This document shows, piece after piece, positions 34,518-43,808 of a DNA stretch of 64,000 bases. Position 1 is the stretch's first letter, and each line of letters opens with the position of its first letter. A program made the position numbers and the translations under genes. The stretch spans positions 128,001 to 192,000 of the forward strand of contig CAVVLJ010000016.1 in the NCBI GenBank assembly GCA_963749075.1. Direction: 5' to 3'. The stretch is from an uncultured Pseudomonadota bacterium. Its GTDB lineage: Bacteria > Pseudomonadota > Alphaproteobacteria > JACZXZ01. Below the pieces are notes generated by a model. It did not search any database, had not been told where the DNA came from, and saw nothing but the letters and a program-made list of their open reading frames with translations.

Positions 34518-35657
34518 CTAATGTCTTGCGGCTTTCTTCCCGGCCGCCGCGCCCTTCGCCGAGCCCTTGTTGATCGCCGCGTCGACCACCGCCCAGCTCG
34601 CGATGGCGCTCGCCGCGGTGGTGAAGGCGCCGTATTTGGAATAGATCTCGCCGGCCTGCTGCTTCGCCGCCTTGATGTTCCCCGAGGGATCGGGAATCTG
34701 CGGGTCCGAGGCGTTGCGGATGGCATAGAAGCTGAGACCGGAAATTCCCTGCAACGCGTCGGCGACCATCGCGTCGCCCATGTCGCAAGCCTGGCCCTGA
34801 CCCTGCAGCTTGTAATAGTCGCTCGAATCGTCGAAGCCGAAAAAGTCGGTGGTCACGATCGCGGTCTGGCCGCCGGACCAGAACTTGGGCGTCTTGCGCG
34901 CGCCGACGATGCGGGCAGCATTGACGCGGGTCAAGTCCGGGCTGATCGCGGCAAGCGCGCCGCTCGGCAGCGCGGCGGTGCGGTAGGCGGACTTGGCCCA
35001 GCTCGTGCTCTTGAATTGAGTGACGCAATGGAATTTGACCTGCGCGGCAATGACGACGTCGCCGAGGGCGACCTGCTTGCCGATGCCGCCGCCGGTTCCG
35101 GTGGTGATGAAGATCTTGGGCCGAACGGCTGCGGCCAATTCCGCCATCAGCTTGCGCACCGGGATATGCGGCCCGTCGTAATCGAGATGCAGCCCCGATT
35201 TGAACAACAGCACGCGGGCCTTGCCGATCGTGCAGGGAAAGTAGAGGCCGAGACTGTGGTAATAGCGCGCCATGTCCGACTGTTTGTCGTTGAACGGCGC
35301 GGTGCCGCCGGTCACGAGCGGGATGTAGGCCTCGACGCCGTGGCGATATTCGTACCAGCGCGACGGCAGGTAGTCCGGCACCAGCATCGCCGCGAGTGCC
35401 GCCGCCTCGGCGGACGTCCAGGTCACGATGATCGCGTCATAGCCCTTGAACTTGGTGAGGTCGTCGCTCTCGGCCGGCGCCTTGGCAAGCGGTGCCGCAA
35501 TGGGCTTCGACGCTTCGGGCCAAGGCACCGTGCTCGGCAGCCGTCCGCTCGAGCTCTTGAGAGCGGCTTCGTAGCCGGCGGCACGGAAGCGCTCTTGCGG
35601 GAATTCGGGATCGTAATTGAGACGGAGATCCTCGATCTCGTCGATGCGGTTTGGCAT
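34518..35657 (-). CDS. Nucleoside phosphorylase/nucleosidase (PNP_UDP_1)-like protein
   Basis: ITTGTGGGI...LGDVVIA, CDMGDA (in place of EME), AIRNASD; SD GAGGAGG. Confidence 0.7.
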   Translation of the reverse strand: MPNRIDEIEDLRLNYDPEFPQERFRAAGYEAALKSSSGRLPSTVPWPEASKPIAAPLAKAPAESDDLTKFKGYDAIIVTWTSAEAAALAAMLVPDYLPSRWYEYRHGVEAYIPLVTGGTAPFNDKQSDMARYYHSLGLYFPCTIGKARVLLFKSGLHLDYDGPHIPVRKLMAELAAAVRPKIFITTGTGGGIGKQVALGDVVIAAQVKFHCVTQFKSTSWAKSAYRTAALPSGALAAISPDLTRVNAARIVGARKTPKFWSGGQTAIVTTDFFGFDDSSDYYKLQGQGQACDMGDAMVADALQGISGLSFYAIRNASDPQIPDPSGNIKAAKQQAGEIYSKYGAFTTAASAIASWAVVDAAINKGSAKGAAAGKKAARH

Positions 35658-36039
35658 AAAGCCTCCTCATGCAGCTAGGGTGCTGGCATCGAGTGCAACC
35701 GATCGAACCGAAATCCCCCTGAAGTGCCTTTATTTTGCAACTGAGGATATACCTGGACGCAGATCGCCGCAACCACAAATCAGCTCTTCCCGTATGGGCG
35801 CGCCATTCGGTGGCCCGCGGAGAGAGTTCTGCCACAAGAATCAATGGATTGGAGGCTGTCCGCGCAGCTCAGCCGGAGCGCGGCAGCGCGGGGATGCCGT
35901 CCCGGATCGAGGACCGGGCGCCGGTTCGGACGGCCCCGCCACCGCGGACCGGACGCGGACTGCCGCGAGTGCATGATTGCCGTCCGCGGCTCCTTGCGCG
36001 CTTGGCCGTCGTCTCAGAGGAGCTCTTGCGGACACGTCG

Positions 36040-37034
36040 CCGCGCATCATCGAGGCAACCGCCGCGAGCGGAAATGCGGATACGATCGTGGCCGCGACCG
36101 AGAAGCATTCCGCGATCGACGTATGGCGTGGATCGGATGCCGCCGACGGCCGGACGACGGTGCGCATGCTGGTTGCTGCGCATCAGGTGCAGCCCCTCAT
36201 GGACACCCTGCAGAAAGCGCTCGGCGGCGACGAAGGACACCGGATTGTTCTCCTGTCGGCGCTGGCGGCCTTGCCCGACGTCGACGACCAGGCGGATCAC
36301 GACCGCGAGAGGGAGAAAGCGCAATCGGCTTCGCGCGGGGAATTGTACAACGAGGTGGTGCAGGGCGCGCGGATCGACCGCACGTTTCTCCTGCTCGCTT
36401 TTCTCTCGACGCTCGTTGCCGGGATCGGCCCGGTCGGCGACAACGTGGCGGTGATCATCGGCGCCATGGTCATCGCGCCGCTGCTCGGCCCAATCCGGCG
36501 TTTTCCTTTGCGGTTGCGCTGGGCGATCGCCTGCTCATGGCGCGCGCATTGCGCGCGAATCTCGCCGGCCTGGCGTTGACCATCGGGGTCGCCATCGCCG
36601 CCGGCTTCGGCCTGCACCTCGATCTGACGAGCCACGAGCTCATCGTGCGGACGCGGGTGTCGTACGACGGCATCATTCTGGCGCTGGCCTCGGGAGCGGC
36701 GGCAGCGCTGTCGTTGGTATCGGGTCTCTCCAGCGCCCTGGTCGGCGTGATGGTGGCCGTGGCGCTGCTGCCGCCGGCTGCGACGCTGGGCCTCATGCTC
36801 GGCGCCGGAGCATTCGGGCATGCGGCCGGTGCGGCGACGCTTCTCGGCGCCAATCTGATTTGCGTCAAACCGGCCGCCCAGCTCGTCCTCCTCGGCCGAG
36901 GCGTGCAGCCGAGAACATGGCTGCAGAAAAAGGCGGCCCAACAATCGCTGGAGTTGAGCATCGCGCTTTGGGCAGTCCTTCTCGCCATGCTCCTTGGCAT
37001 CATTTACGCGGAGCACGTCAGAACGGCGGGCTGA
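36040..37034 (+). pseudogene. TIGR00341/DUF389-family membrane protein, frameshifted, with no recognisable start codon
   Basis: RIIEA...SRGELY...AVIIGAMVIAPLLGP in one frame, then NPAFSFAVALGD...LALASGAA...LVGVMVAVALLPP in another; junction near 36490. Confidence 0.75.
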
Positions 37035-37110
37035 AGATGAGCGGGCAGCCTAGACGGGCATTTCGTCCGCGGGAAACGCCGGCGCCGCGCCCTGCCTCGC
37101 GCCGGCGCGG

Positions 37111-38817
37111 CTATCGCGGCTGCTTGGCGTCGCCGGTCGGCCGCGGTCCGCAGCCGCGGATGGCCTCCTCGACCGAGAGGAACATGTGGTCGGCGCCGAG
37201 CGCGTCGGTCAGGCCGGTCCGGGCGGCGGCCGCTTGCGCGCGTCCTGACTCCAGCCGCGCCATCGCAACGTCGATGTCGCGCCGGCGCAGCTCGCCTATG
37301 GCCTGCTGCAGCATCTGGGAGCCGGTGAAGTCGACGTCCAGCACGCCGTTCGCCTCGATCACCACGAGCCGGCACGGCGGCGCCGTCGCGGCGACGGCAT
37401 CCATCAGCTTGCCGAGCAGGTAATTGGCGTTGATGAAATTGATCGGCGCCCCGAGCGCGAACACCAGGACGCCCGGCTCGTGCTCGCCGGCCTCGCCCTT
37501 GCCGAGCGTCCACCAGATGGTGGTGCCCGGAACGCGCGCCAGCTCGGTAGAGTGCGGCCGGGCGATGATATAGATGCTGTGCAGCAGCGACAGCACGATG
37601 CTCATGCTCACGCCGGTGTCGATCGGCAATATGACGACTAGTGCGGCGCTCGCGACGACCAGCAGAATCTCCCGCCGGCTCCGTCGGTAGATGCGCCGCA
37701 TTACGCGGACGCGGAAGATGCGCACGCCGATGAAGACCAGCACGCCGCTCAGCGCCGCTTGCGGGACGAAGGCGAAGGCGCCCGCCGCGACCAGCACGAG
37801 TGCCGCGGCGAACGCGACCGCCAGCAGGCTGGAGAGTTGCGACCGCCCGCCGGACTCGGCCACGATGGCCGTCCGCGGCGGGCTGGAATTCACTGCAAAT
37901 GCGCCAAGCAGGGCCGCCAGGATGCTGCCGGCGCCGACCGCGGCGAAGTCGCGGCTGGCATTCTCCCGCCGGCCCGGGTCGGAGGGAAACGATTGCAGCA
38001 CCGCTGCGGTCTGCATCATGCAGACCAGAGCCACGATGAGCGACAGCGGCAGCAGGCGCGTGAACTCGCTCCAGCTGGGCAAGGCGAGCGTCATGGCCGG
38101 GGCTGCTATGGGCAGCGCGCCCAGCACCGAGACGCCGTGGCGTGCCAGCTCCAGCTGCCAGACGGCGAGGCCGCTCGCCGCGAGGCCGATCAGCGCGCCG
38201 GGAATGCGCTCGTTGAGCCGCCCGGCCAGCAGGCTCACGGCGAGCACACCCAGCGTGATCGCGACCGGGTAGGGATTGGCGCGCGGCAGCTCCCGCACGA
38301 TCTCGGCCAGCCGGTGTATCAGATCGCCCGGCGGCGCGCCGATGCCGAGGACCGTGGGCAGTTGGCCGACGATGATATGGACCGAGATGCCGGCGAGAAA
38401 TCCGGTGGTCACCGGGATGGACAACAGATCGGCGATCCAGCCCAGGCGCAACGGACTCGTGAGCAGCAGGACTACGCCGACCAAGAGCGCCAGCACCGCG
38501 GCACTGCCCCCATAGGCCGGGGTACCGGCGGCGGCGATGCTCGCCAAGGCGGCGGCCATGATGGGTGCTATGGTCGAGTCCGCCCCGACCGACATGACGC
38601 GGTTGGCGCCCAGGGCCGCAAATGCGAGGGAGCCCGCCGCGAAGGCGAACAACCCGCTCATCGGCGGCATGCCGACGAGCCGCGCCGTCGCCAGCTGCTC
38701 GGGGATGGCGATCGCCGCGAGCGTCAACGCGGCGACGGCGTCGCCCGGCAGCCAGGACGCGCTGAACCCGCTGAGGGAGGCGAACAGCCAGCCGGGCCGA
38801 GCGGCCGGGCTAGCCAT
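37111..38817 (-). CDS. SulP/SLC26 anion transporter with STAS domain
   Basis: AIAIPEQLATARL, SVGADST, NSSPPRT, C-terminal STAS (DVDFTGSQML). Confidence 0.9.
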   Translation of the reverse strand: MASPAARPGWLFASLSGFSASWLPGDAVAALTLAAIAIPEQLATARLVGMPPMSGLFAFAAGSLAFAALGANRVMSVGADSTIAPIMAAALASIAAAGTPAYGGSAAVLALLVGVVLLLTSPLRLGWIADLLSIPVTTGFLAGISVHIIVGQLPTVLGIGAPPGDLIHRLAEIVRELPRANPYPVAITLGVLAVSLLAGRLNERIPGALIGLAASGLAVWQLELARHGVSVLGALPIAAPAMTLALPSWSEFTRLLPLSLIVALVCMMQTAAVLQSFPSDPGRRENASRDFAAVGAGSILAALLGAFAVNSSPPRTAIVAESGGRSQLSSLLAVAFAAALVLVAAGAFAFVPQAALSGVLVFIGVRIFRVRVMRRIYRRSRREILLVVASAALVVILPIDTGVSMSIVLSLLHSIYIIARPHSTELARVPGTTIWWTLGKGEAGEHEPGVLVFALGAPINFINANYLLGKLMDAVAATAPPCRLVVIEANGVLDVDFTGSQMLQQAIGELRRRDIDVAMARLESGRAQAAAARTGLTDALGADHMFLSVEEAIRGCGPRPTGDAKQPR

Positions 38818-39700
38818 GGTGCCGGCCGGATTTGCTCCGTCCCGTGCCCTCGCGGCGCTCGGCCTTCCGCTCCGCCATCTCGTCGGCGTGGTATTTGCGG
38901 CGGATGTCCGCGATGTCGACGTGGGCGGGCGGCAGCTGCAATCCCATCTCGTCCATGGTTTCGGTGATGATCTGCGAGATCGCAAGGTTGCGAGACCATT
39001 TATGGTTCGCCGGAACGACGTACCACGGCGCCCGCTTCGTGCTCGTCAGCGCCAGCACGTCCTCGTAGGCCTCGACGTATTGCGGCCACAGCTCGCGCTC
39101 CGAATAGTCGCTCTCGCTGATTTTCCAATGCCGCGTCTTGTCGTCGAGCCTCTGCTTGAAGCGCTCGAGCTGCTCCTCGGGGCTGATATGAAGATAGAAC
39201 TTCAGGATGCGCGTGCCGTTCTCTGCGAGCATCTTCTCGAAATCGTTGATGAGGTCGTAGCGCTTCGACCACAGGTGCCGCGGTGCCAGATGATGCACGC
39301 GCACGACGAGGACGTCCTCGTAATACGAGCGGTTGAAGATCACCACCTGGCCCTTGCCCGGCGCTGCCATGTGCGCGCGCCAGAGGAAATCGTGGTCGAG
39401 CTCGGGCTTGGTGGGCTGCTTGAAGCAGAAGACGGACGTCCCTTGCGGGTTCATGCCGCTGAAGAGGTGCCGGATCACGCCGTCCTTGCCGGCGGCGTCG
39501 AGCGCCTGCAGCACGACGAGAAGCGACTGATTGCCGTCCGCGTATAGGAGATACTGCAACTGATCCATGCGCTCGACGTGTCGGCGGATCTCCGGCTCGG
39601 CCTTGCCATGCGACTTGTGCTTGCCCGTGTAGGACGGATCGATCTTCGCCAGGCGCACCTTCTCGCCGGGCTCGACGATGAATTTCTTGCGGTAGTCCAT
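38810..39700 (-). CDS. ppk2: Polyphosphate kinase 2 family protein (class III-like)
   Basis: QALDAAGKDG, FKQP, HDFLWR, FNRSYYEDVL, APWYVVPA. Confidence 0.92.
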   Translation of the reverse strand: MDYRKKFIVEPGEKVRLAKIDPSYTGKHKSHGKAEPEIRRHVERMDQLQYLLYADGNQSLLVVLQALDAAGKDGVIRHLFSGMNPQGTSVFCFKQPTKPELDHDFLWRAHMAAPGKGQVVIFNRSYYEDVLVVRVHHLAPRHLWSKRYDLINDFEKMLAENGTRILKFYLHISPEEQLERFKQRLDDKTRHWKISESDYSERELWPQYVEAYEDVLALTSTKRAPWYVVPANHKWSRNLAISQIITETMDEMGLQLPPAHVDIADIRRKYHADEMAERKAERREGTGRSKSGRHHG

Positions 39701-39816
39701 GCGCCGTTTCCTCCCAAGGGCCGCTTGCGCCTGCCGGCAACGCCGGACGCCGCAGCGGCGGCCGCTTCGTCACCGCGCCGCTCCTCGCATCGGCGTGCGC
39801 GGCACCGGCTCGGGAC

Positions 39817-40065
39817 TCACGCGTTCCCGATCGCATACAAGCAGAGAATTGCGACCAACATCAATAGCATGGCGATCGCACAACTGAAGACCAGCGCCAG
39901 GATGCGCAGCAGCGCCCAGCGTGCGAAGACGAAGCGCGGCGGCACGTAACGCTGCACCAGCAGCCCAATGCGGCGGCCGGCGAAACGCTCCGACGCGATC
40001 CACAGCACGGCCACGATCACCGTCAACGAATAGGTGGCCCAGCCCGGGAAATCGCCGTGCGTCAT
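39817..40065 (-). CDS. Hypothetical small two-TM protein
   Basis: 82 aa with two hydrophobic stretches; no family recognised. Confidence 0.35.
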   Translation of the reverse strand: MTHGDFPGWATYSLTVIVAVLWIASERFAGRRIGLLVQRYVPPRFVFARWALLRILALVFSCAIAMLLMLVAILCLYAIGNA

Positions 40066-40525
40066 CGCTCCGACATCGCCGGGCGACCGGCTGCCCGGGC
40101 AGCGGGGTGCAAAGTGCGGGAACCGCCGGCGAGGCCGGCGGGAAGAGGCGGGCAGGCGTGCTCTTCGGTGCCATCCCTAGCATGCCCTCGAGCGGGCGCC
40201 GACCGTCATGGGCCAGGCGGCAGCCCCGCGCCCCGCGGGCGGCCACCGTGGCACACTCAACCACAGCCGCCAATCCGTTGTCGAATGCCGCTTGCGGCTC
40301 GGGTCGCGGGCCGGACTTCCACGATTTCATGCCGCAGGGCTCATCGCCGGAAGCATTTTCCGATCGGATCAGGACATCCTGCAAAGCGGGCGGATTTGAT
40401 CCACGTGATTCGCCAATTGGCGCAGTTTTGCATAATATGCGACAAGTTTGCTCGCATCAGTCGGAGCCGATTGTGGGAGCGGTCTTCGCCGACAGTCTTG
40501 CGAAGAGAGCTGCGCTGTCCTCGCC

Positions 40526-40699
40526 ATGAGCCCAAGGGCGGCCAAGGACGGCACGGCGCGCCAGCCGGTCCAACGGGCGCTCCAGGACAGGCTGCGCCTG
40601 TTCGAGCTGTTGATAGGGACGGTCCCGCGCCCGATCTTCGACGGTCGTTGGCCGGGTTGCGTGACAAACGGCCGATCGAGGCCAGCGCCAAGATGGTGA
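40526..40699 (+). pseudogene. Truncated PAS-domain remnant
   Basis: ALQDRLRLFELLIGTVPRPIF-DGRWPGC aligns by eye with ALEDKLEFIEQLIEAIPCPVFYKDEKGRYLGC of the downstream gene. Confidence 0.5.
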
Positions 40700-40752
40700 G
40701 CCATCGCGGATTTCGAATGCAACGGCGAACGGCTGGAGAGCATGGGAATTCC

Positions 40753-41706
40753 ATGGCGAGCGAGCCGACGACTGCCCAGCTGGCCGAATTTCAGCGCGCA
40801 AAGCAGGCGCTGGAAGACAAGCTCGAATTCATCGAGCAACTTATCGAGGCAATTCCGTGCCCCGTCTTCTATAAGGACGAGAAGGGACGATATCTGGGCT
40901 GCAACCGGGCCTATGCGAAGCTTGCCGGCATGGGGCGCGAAGAGTTGATAGGAAAGACGGCCTACGATATCTGGCCCAAGGACGCGGCCGACAAAATCCA
41001 GGCGATCGACGAAGAATTGCTGAAAAATCCTGGCATCCATGAGAGCCGGGAATACGAGTCCTCGAGAAGAGCGGCGGATGGCACGTCATACGACATGCTG
41101 ATGCGCAAGACCACCTTTCTCAAGCGGGATGGCAGCATCGGCGGCATTCTCGGAACGATGTGGGACATTACCGAGAAGAAGCTCGTGGAGAGGATGCTGC
41201 GCGAGCAGGCGCTGCGCGATCCGCTGACCTCCCTCTATAACCGCCGCTACCTGGATGAGATATTGGAAAGCGAGTTTTCCCGCGCGGCGCGGAACCGGTC
41301 GTCGATCGGAGTCGTCATGGCCGACATCGATCGCTTCAAGCGCGTCAACGACACCCTTGGGCACGATTGCGGCGACGAAGTCTTGCGCACCCTAGCTCAA
41401 TTTCTCCGCGAGCAACTGCGCAAGAGCGACATCGTGTGCCGCTACGGCGGAGAGGAGTTCACCATCGTGATGCCGGGCGCCAACTTGCAGGAGGCACATC
41501 GACGCACGCTCGGCATTTGCAAGGCGATTCGCGATCTTGAGATTTCCTGTGGCGGGCGAGTGCTCGGCCCCGTCACGGTGTCATTTGGCGTCGCCGTCTA
41601 CCCGCAGCACGGCGACGTACCGGCCGGCGTTCTCAAGGCTGCGGACGCCGCCCTTTTGCGCGCTAAGATGGCGGGGCGGGATCAAGTGGTTGTCGCTGGG
41701 CAGTAA
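40753..41706 (+). CDS. PAS-GGDEF diguanylate cyclase
   Basis: PAS ending WDITE, DPLT.LYNRR, DIDRFK.VND..GH, I-site RKSD and intact GGEEF; start uncertain. Confidence 0.9.
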   Translation: MASEPTTAQLAEFQRAKQALEDKLEFIEQLIEAIPCPVFYKDEKGRYLGCNRAYAKLAGMGREELIGKTAYDIWPKDAADKIQAIDEELLKNPGIHESREYESSRRAADGTSYDMLMRKTTFLKRDGSIGGILGTMWDITEKKLVERMLREQALRDPLTSLYNRRYLDEILESEFSRAARNRSSIGVVMADIDRFKRVNDTLGHDCGDEVLRTLAQFLREQLRKSDIVCRYGGEEFTIVMPGANLQEAHRRTLGICKAIRDLEISCGGRVLGPVTVSFGVAVYPQHGDVPAGVLKAADAALLRAKMAGRDQVVVAGQ

Positions 41707-41833
41707 CGCATATCGCGGCGCACGGTAACCGGCGGCTCGTCCTTCGGCCGCCCGGCCGCCGCCCGGCCGCCGCCCCTGCCGCGCGCTGCGCGCCTTCCGC
41801 CCGCGGCAAGGCGTCCGCGCCGGGGTGCGCAGG

Positions 41834-41847
41834 TTGACTTGGGTCAA
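41834..41847. promoter_or_regulatory. FNR/FixK-box-like palindrome
   Basis: TTGAC-TTGG-GTCAA, 36 bp upstream of the ATG at 41884. Confidence 0.45.
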
Positions 41848-41883
41848 TTGCGCCATTGACGCCAAGGCGTTAAGACTCGCGCT

Positions 41884-42939
41884 ATGGCCGCGGCGACACC
41901 CGGGCACAAGGCTGCAAGAGAGCGAGCTCCGCAAGGCCCGGCAGCGGCGGTACGGCCGCCGCGCGAGGCAGCGCGCGCGCCCGCGCTGCCCAAGGGCGTC
42001 CTCGGCTACGTGCTGGAGACGAGCCGGCTGCATCAGCTCTGCCTCGTGGTGCTGACCGTGGCCGCCTTCCTGCTCGAGCTCGTGCCGCTCGAGCTGCAGC
42101 GGCGGATCGTCAACGATCTGACCAAGGAGCGGCACTTTCACCCGGTGGTGATCCTCTGCGCGGTCTATGCCGGCGTGATCCTCGTGCAGGGGAGCACCAA
42201 GCTCGCCCTCAACGTCTATCGCGCCTGGGTCGGCGAGCGGGCGACCCGCGACCTGCGCAGCCGCATCCGGCTGCTCGTGGGCGCCGGTCTCGCCGACCGC
42301 TCTCAAGTGGAGGCGAGCGGCATCGAGGTCTCGATGATCGTGGCGGAGACCGATCCGATCGGCGGCTTCGTCGGCGAGAGCATCTCCGAGCCGCTCCTGC
42401 AGGGCGGCGTGCTCGCCACCATGCTCGCCTACATGATCCACATCGAGCCCGTCATGGCGCTCGTTGCGGGGGCATTCTACCTGCCGCAGCTCGTCTTCGT
42501 TCCGCTCATGCAGAGCGCCATCAACCGCCGCACGGCGGCGCGCGTGTGGCTGCTGCGACAGATCAGCGTGAACGTCGTCACCGACGACGGCCGCGACGCG
42601 CGGCGCAGGCGCGCCGACCGCGGGCGCATCGACCGCGTCTTCGATCTCAACATGGGAATCTTCCGCTTCAAGTTCACCATGAATTTCCTGATGAACCTGT
42701 GCAATCACCTCGAGATCGTCGCGGCCCTGCTGGTGGGCGGCTGGTTCGTCTTGACCGGCCGGCTCGCCCTCGGCAGCGTGATCGCCTTCATCTCCGCCGT
42801 GGCCCGCCTGAACGATCCGTGGGGCGATCTGATCAACTACTTTCGCGACGTGACCAGCACGCAGGTCAAGTACCGCCTGGTCGCGGACGTGGTGAATCGG
42901 CTGGCGCTGGGGAAGGCGGCCGAGACGCCGTCCGTCTGA
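41884..42939 (+). CDS. ABC exporter transmembrane-domain-only protein
   Basis: PLELQRRIVN, IGGFVGESISEPLLQGG, VAFISA-like final helix, NDPWGDLINYFR; no Walker A/B motifs. Confidence 0.75.
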   Translation: MAAATPGHKAARERAPQGPAAAVRPPREAARAPALPKGVLGYVLETSRLHQLCLVVLTVAAFLLELVPLELQRRIVNDLTKERHFHPVVILCAVYAGVILVQGSTKLALNVYRAWVGERATRDLRSRIRLLVGAGLADRSQVEASGIEVSMIVAETDPIGGFVGESISEPLLQGGVLATMLAYMIHIEPVMALVAGAFYLPQLVFVPLMQSAINRRTAARVWLLRQISVNVVTDDGRDARRRRADRGRIDRVFDLNMGIFRFKFTMNFLMNLCNHLEIVAALLVGGWFVLTGRLALGSVIAFISAVARLNDPWGDLINYFRDVTSTQVKYRLVADVVNRLALGKAAETPSV

Positions 42940-42989
42940 CGGCGCGGCGGCGATCGAGATGGCCCGCCGCAAGCGAAGCGGCGCCGCCG

Positions 42990-43802
42990 TCAGGCCGCGG
43001 CGTCGACGCGCTGCACCATGGGCCGGACGAGCGGGCGGCTCAGGTCCGCCAGCTCCGGCCGCAGGAAGGTCTCGACCGCATGGCGCCGGGATGCCGTCAG
43101 CAGGAGGAACTCGTGGAGAGGCAGCTCGGCGCCGGCGGAGGGCCGGTCCGTCGGACGCGTGCGCCACACGCCGAGCTCGGCGCCTGCGAAGCCGTGGATG
43201 CCGTGCCCGTAAGCGCGCGCCACCGCCCGCCCGGCAAAGCCGACCAGCCACGTCCAGCGCCAATGGACGACGGCCCAGAGATGGAGGAGCCGCATGAGCG
43301 GACGGATGGCGGTGCCGTCGGCCTGGTCGCGGTCGAGGCAGAGCGATGTCGAGACGGCGACCGCGCACGACGCGATGAGGCGCGCCGTGGGAGCGCTCAC
43401 GAGGCAGCGCTCGGCCGGGCGCGCCATGGCCGCCACGTCGTCGTAATAGAGGCGCAGCGACGTCAATTCCTCTTCGAGCGTCGTCTCGATCCACTTGAGG
43501 CGCAGCGCGGCACAGCCGACCGGGCCGCCGGCGCGATAGAGAAAGAGCGCGAAGGAGTCGGACGCGGTCATGGCCGGCTGGTAGCGCGGATCGGATATCT
43601 GAAAGAGATGCATGCGCCCGCGGCGCTTTTCCTGGAAGCGCACCAGGTGGCGGAAGTCGTGGGTCGCGCGCGGCTCCAGGTCCAGACGCTCGAGCGCCCG
43701 CACGAGCGGCGGAACCAGGCTGTGCCGCGCCATGCGATGGGCTTCGCTCTCGCTCCCTCTGCCGTCTCTCGGTGGCTGGAAAAGCTCCTGGTAGTGCTCC
43801 AT
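42990..43802 (-). CDS. Hypothetical protein, possibly a degenerate GNAT/acyl-CoA acyltransferase fold
   Basis: DP...SFALFLY..G.PVGCAALRL...SLRLYYDD pattern; 6 bp downstream of the preceding gene. Confidence 0.55.
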   Translation of the reverse strand: MEHYQELFQPPRDGRGSESEAHRMARHSLVPPLVRALERLDLEPRATHDFRHLVRFQEKRRGRMHLFQISDPRYQPAMTASDSFALFLYRAGGPVGCAALRLKWIETTLEEELTSLRLYYDDVAAMARPAERCLVSAPTARLIASCAVAVSTSLCLDRDQADGTAIRPLMRLLHLWAVVHWRWTWLVGFAGRAVARAYGHGIHGFAGAELGVWRTRPTDRPSAGAELPLHEFLLLTASRRHAVETFLRPELADLSRPLVRPMVQRVDAAA

Positions 43803-43808
43803 GGCTTA

